Assembly: GCF_006345805.1 (NCBI RefSeq)
Contig: NW_021826418.1
Location: 1 to 12,832 of the forward strand
DNA: 12,832 nt
Direction of reading: 5' to 3'
DNA from: Octopus sinensis
Lineage: Eukaryota
The position numbers and the translations under genes are program-made. Below, piece after piece: positions 9,514 through 12,832 of the stretch (position 1 is its first letter; each line of letters starts with the position of its first letter). The notes below the pieces were generated by a model. The model was given only the letters and a program-made list of their open reading frames with translations, had not been told where the DNA came from and did not search any database.

Positions 9514-9514
<1 letters not shown>
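8120..9514 (+). mobile_element. 5'-truncated L1/Tx1-clade non-LTR retrotransposon (ORF2 C-terminus plus 3' UTR), inactive
   Basis: Post-RT motifs LKGRVEVVNTYIAS..., FLWK and GGLGMP; zf-RVT-type region LAWQCFREALPVRDKL...CPRC...ETALHALVQC; then AKECIWWTR. Split by two frameshifts (~8240, ~8940-8960) and stops at 8842 and 8851. ORF ends at 9185; T-rich 3' UTR; AATAAA at 9505-9510. Confidence 0.92.
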
Positions 9515-9572
<58 letters not shown>

Positions 9573-9601
9573 CATCCATCCATTCATCCATCCATCCATC
9601 C

Positions 9602-9669
<68 letters not shown>

Positions 9670-9760
9670 CTATCTCTCTCTCTCTATCTATCTATCTATT
9701 TATTTATCTATCTTTCTTTCTCTCTTTCTATCTATTACTCTTTCTTTCTCTCTCTCTCTT
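9515..9760. repeat. (TCTA)n/(TCCA)n/(TC)n microsatellite
   Basis: Direct reading; starts 4 nt after the LINE's AATAAA. Confidence 0.97.
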
Positions 9761-9838
9761 TCTTGCTATATATATATATTCTCATACTCCTATATATGCA
9801 TAAACTCATACACAAATATAATATGCTTCTGCGCGTGT

Positions 9839-9958
9839 GTGAAGCTACGTGGCCTAGTGATTAGGGTCTCCGACTCTTGATCGAAAATCCACGGTTTCGA
9901 TTCCTGGACAGGACAGTTTCTTTTTAATCCTTTAGCAACACACATTATTTTACGATGT
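9839..9958 (+). mobile_element. SINE family C 5' fragment (tRNA head plus start of CORE-like region)
   Basis: A box TGGCCTAGTGA and B box GTTTCGATTCC; diverged reverse complement of 10500-10617. Confidence 0.75.
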
Positions 9959-10169
9959 ACCCGTTTATCTCTTTCTTTCTTTCTTTCTTTCTTTCTCACC
10001 CTCTCTTTCTCTTTCTCTCTCTCACGCTAGATGTCATCCTCCATATTCCATGTGGCGAAGGGAGCATGTACATTTTCTCACATCTTAGGTATCGAAAACA
10101 GAGAGGAAAACATAACACATGTCACCAAGTCACACTTACTACTTGTGAGTGGCGATTGGCTCTACTGGA

Positions 10170-10172
<3 letters not shown>

Positions 10173-10208
<36 letters not shown>
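10173..10208. repeat. (TG)n microsatellite
   Basis: Direct reading. Confidence 0.97.
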
Positions 10209-10210
<2 letters not shown>

Positions 10211-10299
10211 GTGTGTTTATGTCTCTGATAGGGACCAGTGTGAATTGACGACCTCGAACTGAAATACGTTCTGGTATTAGTAAAACACCAGAACTGCAC

Positions 10300-10617
10300 G
10301 CAGTCGTTTACGACATGGAGGGTTCCTGTCGGTACGATCAACAAAACAGCTAGCTCGTGAAAGTAGCGTGCAAGTGGTTGAGGAAATCCACAGACACGCG
10401 AACCCTTAGCGCAATTCTCAGGGAGATTAAGCTGGACACAGAATTCATCAAGGCTAGCCCTTTTAAATACTGCTACAGCTAATATTTGCCAGCTGTATAG
10501 ATTGGAGCAACATCAAATAAAGTATTTTGTTCAAGGTCACAACGAACCACCGGGAATCGAACGCATGACCTTACAATTGTGGGCCGAAAACCCTAACCAG
10601 TAAGCCACGCGTCTTCT
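10300..10617 (-). mobile_element. tRNA-derived CORE-like SINE, family C
   Basis: Minus-strand head GAAGACGCGTGGCTTACTGGTTAGGG, B box CGTTCGATTCCC, CORE-like GTGACCTTGAACAAAATACTTTA; partial copies at 7655-7792 and 9839-9958. Confidence 0.87.
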
Positions 10618-10792
10618 TGTATTCATATTGACTGAGCTATAATCTCCCCTTACGTCAATCTTTATTTCGTATTTCGTATCTTACGCGAAACGTTTAAATA
10701 ATATATTTAAGGCAGCGTACCGTGATTTAAGGAGTAGACGCTTTTAAAAGGACGACCAACGGATGAAAAAAGTGCATCCCACTATAACTGTT

Positions 10793-11092
10793 TTGGTTGT
10801 TTGTTGCTTCTTAAGCAATGCCTGGCTCATTAGGGCCGGTTTCCCGGTTTCCTTGGCGTATAGGTTCCCCACATGGACGGGATGCCGGTCCGTCGCAGGT
10901 GAGCTGCAAGATGCAGCAGGAAAGAGTGAGAGAGAAAGTTGTGGCGAAAGAGTCAGCAGAAGTTCACCATTACCTTCTGCCAGAGCTGCGTGGAGCTTAG
11001 GTGTTTCGCTCATAAACACACACATCGCCCGGTCTGAGATTCGAACTCGCGATCACTCGACCGCTCCTCTAACCACTAGGCCATGTGCCTCT
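10793..11092 (-). mobile_element. tRNA-derived SINE, family D
   Basis: Minus-strand head GAGGCACATGGCCTAGTGGTTAGAG (A box) and GAGTTCGAATCTC (B box), ~250-nt unique body and a CAACAAACAACC-type tail. Confidence 0.8.
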
Positions 11093-11203
11093 ATCACTAT
11101 AATTAATGCAAGTAATTAAAGTCTTTCTAAATAAATACTATAATGGTTGTTCAGCACGTTGTTATATGTTATTAATTCATAAATCCATTTGCGGAAGTAA
11201 TTG

Positions 11204-11419
11204 AGTCGGCAAGCTTGTAGAATCGTTAGCATGGCAGGCGAAATGCTTGGCAGTATTTCGTCCGTCTTTTTATGTTCTGAGCTCAAATTCTGCCGAGGTC
11301 AAGTTCGTCTTTCTTCCTTTGTGGGTTGATAAAATAAGTACCAGCTGAGCACTGGGGTCGATGTAATCGATTAGCTCTCCTTCCAGCGAACTTGCTGGCC
11401 TTGTGCTAAAATTTGAAAC
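11204..11419 (+). mobile_element. tRNA-derived SINE, family B (Nin/Deu-domain-like), full length
   Basis: Reverse complement of 3626-3828, including CTTTCTTCCTTTGTGGGTTGATAAAATAAGTACCAG and the 3' end GCTGGCCTTGTGCTAAAATTTGAAAC. Confidence 0.9.
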
Positions 11420-11448
11420 TATTTACTGATGTAATAGCTATGTAAGTA

Positions 11449-11580
11449 CAGGCATACCTCAACTTACGTCATTTCAAGTTATGTCTTTCGAATTACGTCG
11501 TCATTTAAAGAAATTGATAGTAAAAATAAACTCATCTTCAGTTTGTTTATCTGACTTCACGTCGGTCTTAGCGGACATAT
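11449..11580. mobile_element. pogo/Tigger-like DNA transposon terminus (single end)
   Basis: TA|CAGGCATACCTC matches the Tigger1 TIR start; it is followed by repeated subterminal motifs ACTTACGTC, AGTTATGTC, AATTACGTC. No partner TIR seen in the window; the right boundary is approximate. Confidence 0.6.
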
Positions 11581-11660
11581 TTAAATGCAAGAAAAAAAAA
11601 ACCCAGCTATATACCATTATTTACATTCAACGGATATTTGTCCTCATCTTGTTTGTTGTT

Positions 11661-11706
11661 AACATAACGTTTCGGCTGATATACCCTCCTGCTTTCTTCA
11701 GGTGTC
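11661..11706 (-). ncRNA. Minimal type I hammerhead ribozyme motif (degenerate), left arm
   Basis: Minus strand GACAC-CUGAAGA-A-AGCAG-GAGGGUAUAU-CAGCC-GAAA-CGUU-AUGUU, with mismatches in stems I and II. Confidence 0.7.
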
Positions 11707-11769
11707 TTGGGGAAATTTCGAACCTGGGTTCTCCTTCCAAAGATATTTTTTGATGTTGCTGTTGTGTTA

Positions 11770-11850
<81 letters not shown>

Positions 11851-11924
11851 CATCATCATCATCATTATTATTACATCGAAAAATACCTTAGGAATGAGAA
11901 CCCAGGTTCGAAATTTCCCCCCAG

Positions 11925-11970
11925 AAAACCTGACGAAAGCTGGAGGGTATATCAGCCGAAACGTTGTGTT
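11925..11970 (+). ncRNA. Minimal type I hammerhead ribozyme motif (degenerate), right arm
   Basis: AAAAC-CUGACGA-A-AGCUG-GAGGGUAUAU-CAGCC-GAAA-CGUU-GUGUU; stem II GCUG/CAGC, palindromic loopless stem III ACGU, predicted cut after 11965. Confidence 0.75.
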
Positions 11971-12141
11971 AATAACGAACAAGATGAGGACAAATTACCG
12001 TCAAATGTAAATAATGTAAATAATGTACATAATTCCTCATCTCTTAAATATAGAGCTATATACCTATGCCAAAGTGGAAAAATCAAACAAAATACACGTA
12101 AAAAAATATGGGTAAAATATATAATAACAAATATTCTTTTA

Positions 12142-12335
12142 TTCTTTTACTTGTTTCAGTCATTTGACTGCGGCTATGCTGGAGCACCGCCTTGAAGTGG
12201 TGTTGGGGGTGGTATAGTCGAACAAATCGACCTCAATATTTATTTCTGAATCCTAGTATTTATTCTGTCGGTGCCTTTTGCTGAACCGCTATATTACTTG
12301 GAATTAAACATGACAACACCAGTTGTCCAACGATG
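12142..12335 (-). mobile_element. SINE family A 3' half
   Basis: TTACTTGTTTCAGTCATTTGACTGCGGCTATGCTGGAGCACCGCCTT is nearly identical to 1293-1339; more diverged downstream. Confidence 0.88.
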
Positions 12336-12362
12336 ATATATATATATATATATATATATATA

Positions 12363-12649
12363 AATGGATGAATGAATTATCCTTTATTTACCGTTAACAT
12401 AGAAAATTCAATAAACAGTTACCAGGGTAGCAAAATTCACTCAAGTAACACGGATGAAGCGACCCATTCAAAGGTAGAAACTCCGGGTTAATGTCTAGTA
12501 ATTTGTGTAGTATAAGTAAATAAATGAAGTTGAACGAAGATGTTATTAAAATTCTTTTACTTTCGATATATGTTTCGAAGACAACATTGGTTTTATTCCA
12601 AAGGAATAAACGGTGTAAAATGCAAACTTCTCATCAGGAAAGAAAGTAA

Positions 12650-12651
<2 letters not shown>
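12363..12651 (-). mobile_element. Probable fragment of a second hammerhead-bearing (Penelope-like) repeat
   Basis: Unique ~290-bp block bounded on both sides by (TA)n and containing a Penelope-style hammerhead; element class inferred from the ribozyme architecture only. Confidence 0.5.

Positions 12652-12652
<1 letters not shown>
12553..12652 (-). ncRNA. Type I hammerhead ribozyme with extended stem II
   Basis: Minus strand CUUUC-CUGAUGA(12637-12631)-GAAG-46 nt-CUUC-GAAA(12576-12573)-CAUAUAUC-GAAAG. Stem I CUUUC/GAAAG, stem II GAAG/CUUC capped by UUUAUUCC/GGAAUAAA, near-palindromic stem III ACAUAUAU, AUC triplet. Confidence 0.8.

Positions 12653-12720
<68 letters not shown>
12652..12720. repeat. 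(TA)n microsatellite
   Basis: Direct reading. Confidence 0.98.
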
Positions 12721-12723
<3 letters not shown>

Positions 12724-12832
12724 TAAATACTAGGTAGTGGGTAGCGATTTTCTTCACTACTTAAAGGGAGTGACGGCCCTGCCTGACACGAGTCCCGGGC
12801 TCACCTGGCTCCGGCTACAGTACCCGGTATGG

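Larger units (their letters stand above)
11616..12053. mobile_element. Non-autonomous palindromic Penelope-like element (inverted pLTR-type arms carrying hammerheads)
   Basis: Inverted arms 11616-11756 and 11873-12015 around an (ATT)n/(CAT)n spacer. Unpaired ~38-nt tail at 12016-12053. Exact 11-bp direct repeat AGCTATATACC at 11605-11615 and 12054-12064. Hammerhead core in each arm. Confidence 0.85.

Noticed and set aside
9839-11092. tRNA genes at the A-box/B-box motifs
   Set aside because: They are SINE heads continuing into SINE bodies, without a complete cloverleaf.
11481-12195. Overlapping ORFs with mirrored peptides (TFRLIYPPAF on both strands)
   Set aside because: A consequence of the inverted repeat and the (ATT)n spacer, not coding.

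Overview
Repeat-dominated, AT-rich eukaryotic intronic/intergenic DNA. The SINE families and the density of TAA/CAT/TA/TCTA microsatellites look like an octopus (coleoid cephalopod) genome; this is inference from remembered repeat content, not a search. There is no intact protein-coding gene, and most ORFs in the track are microsatellite or SINE artefacts. Recognisable elements are four tRNA-derived SINE families, a mariner-type MITE, a pogo/Tigger-like terminus, a decayed RTE-clade reverse transcriptase, and the 3' part of an L1/Tx1-clade LINE sitting inside a (TCTA)n array. The most striking signal is four type I hammerhead ribozyme motifs in three unrelated contexts. (i) Two lie in the arms of a 438-bp palindromic Penelope-like element with an 11-bp target-site duplication and a ~38-nt tail (11616-12053). 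(ii) One with a long stem II lies on the minus strand at 12553-12652. (iii) One lies at 5073-5136 in a hairpin-rich segment that abuts the RTE fragment. There are also a promoter/first-exon-like GC-rich island (6260-6505) and a few candidate small exons that I cannot assign to a gene.
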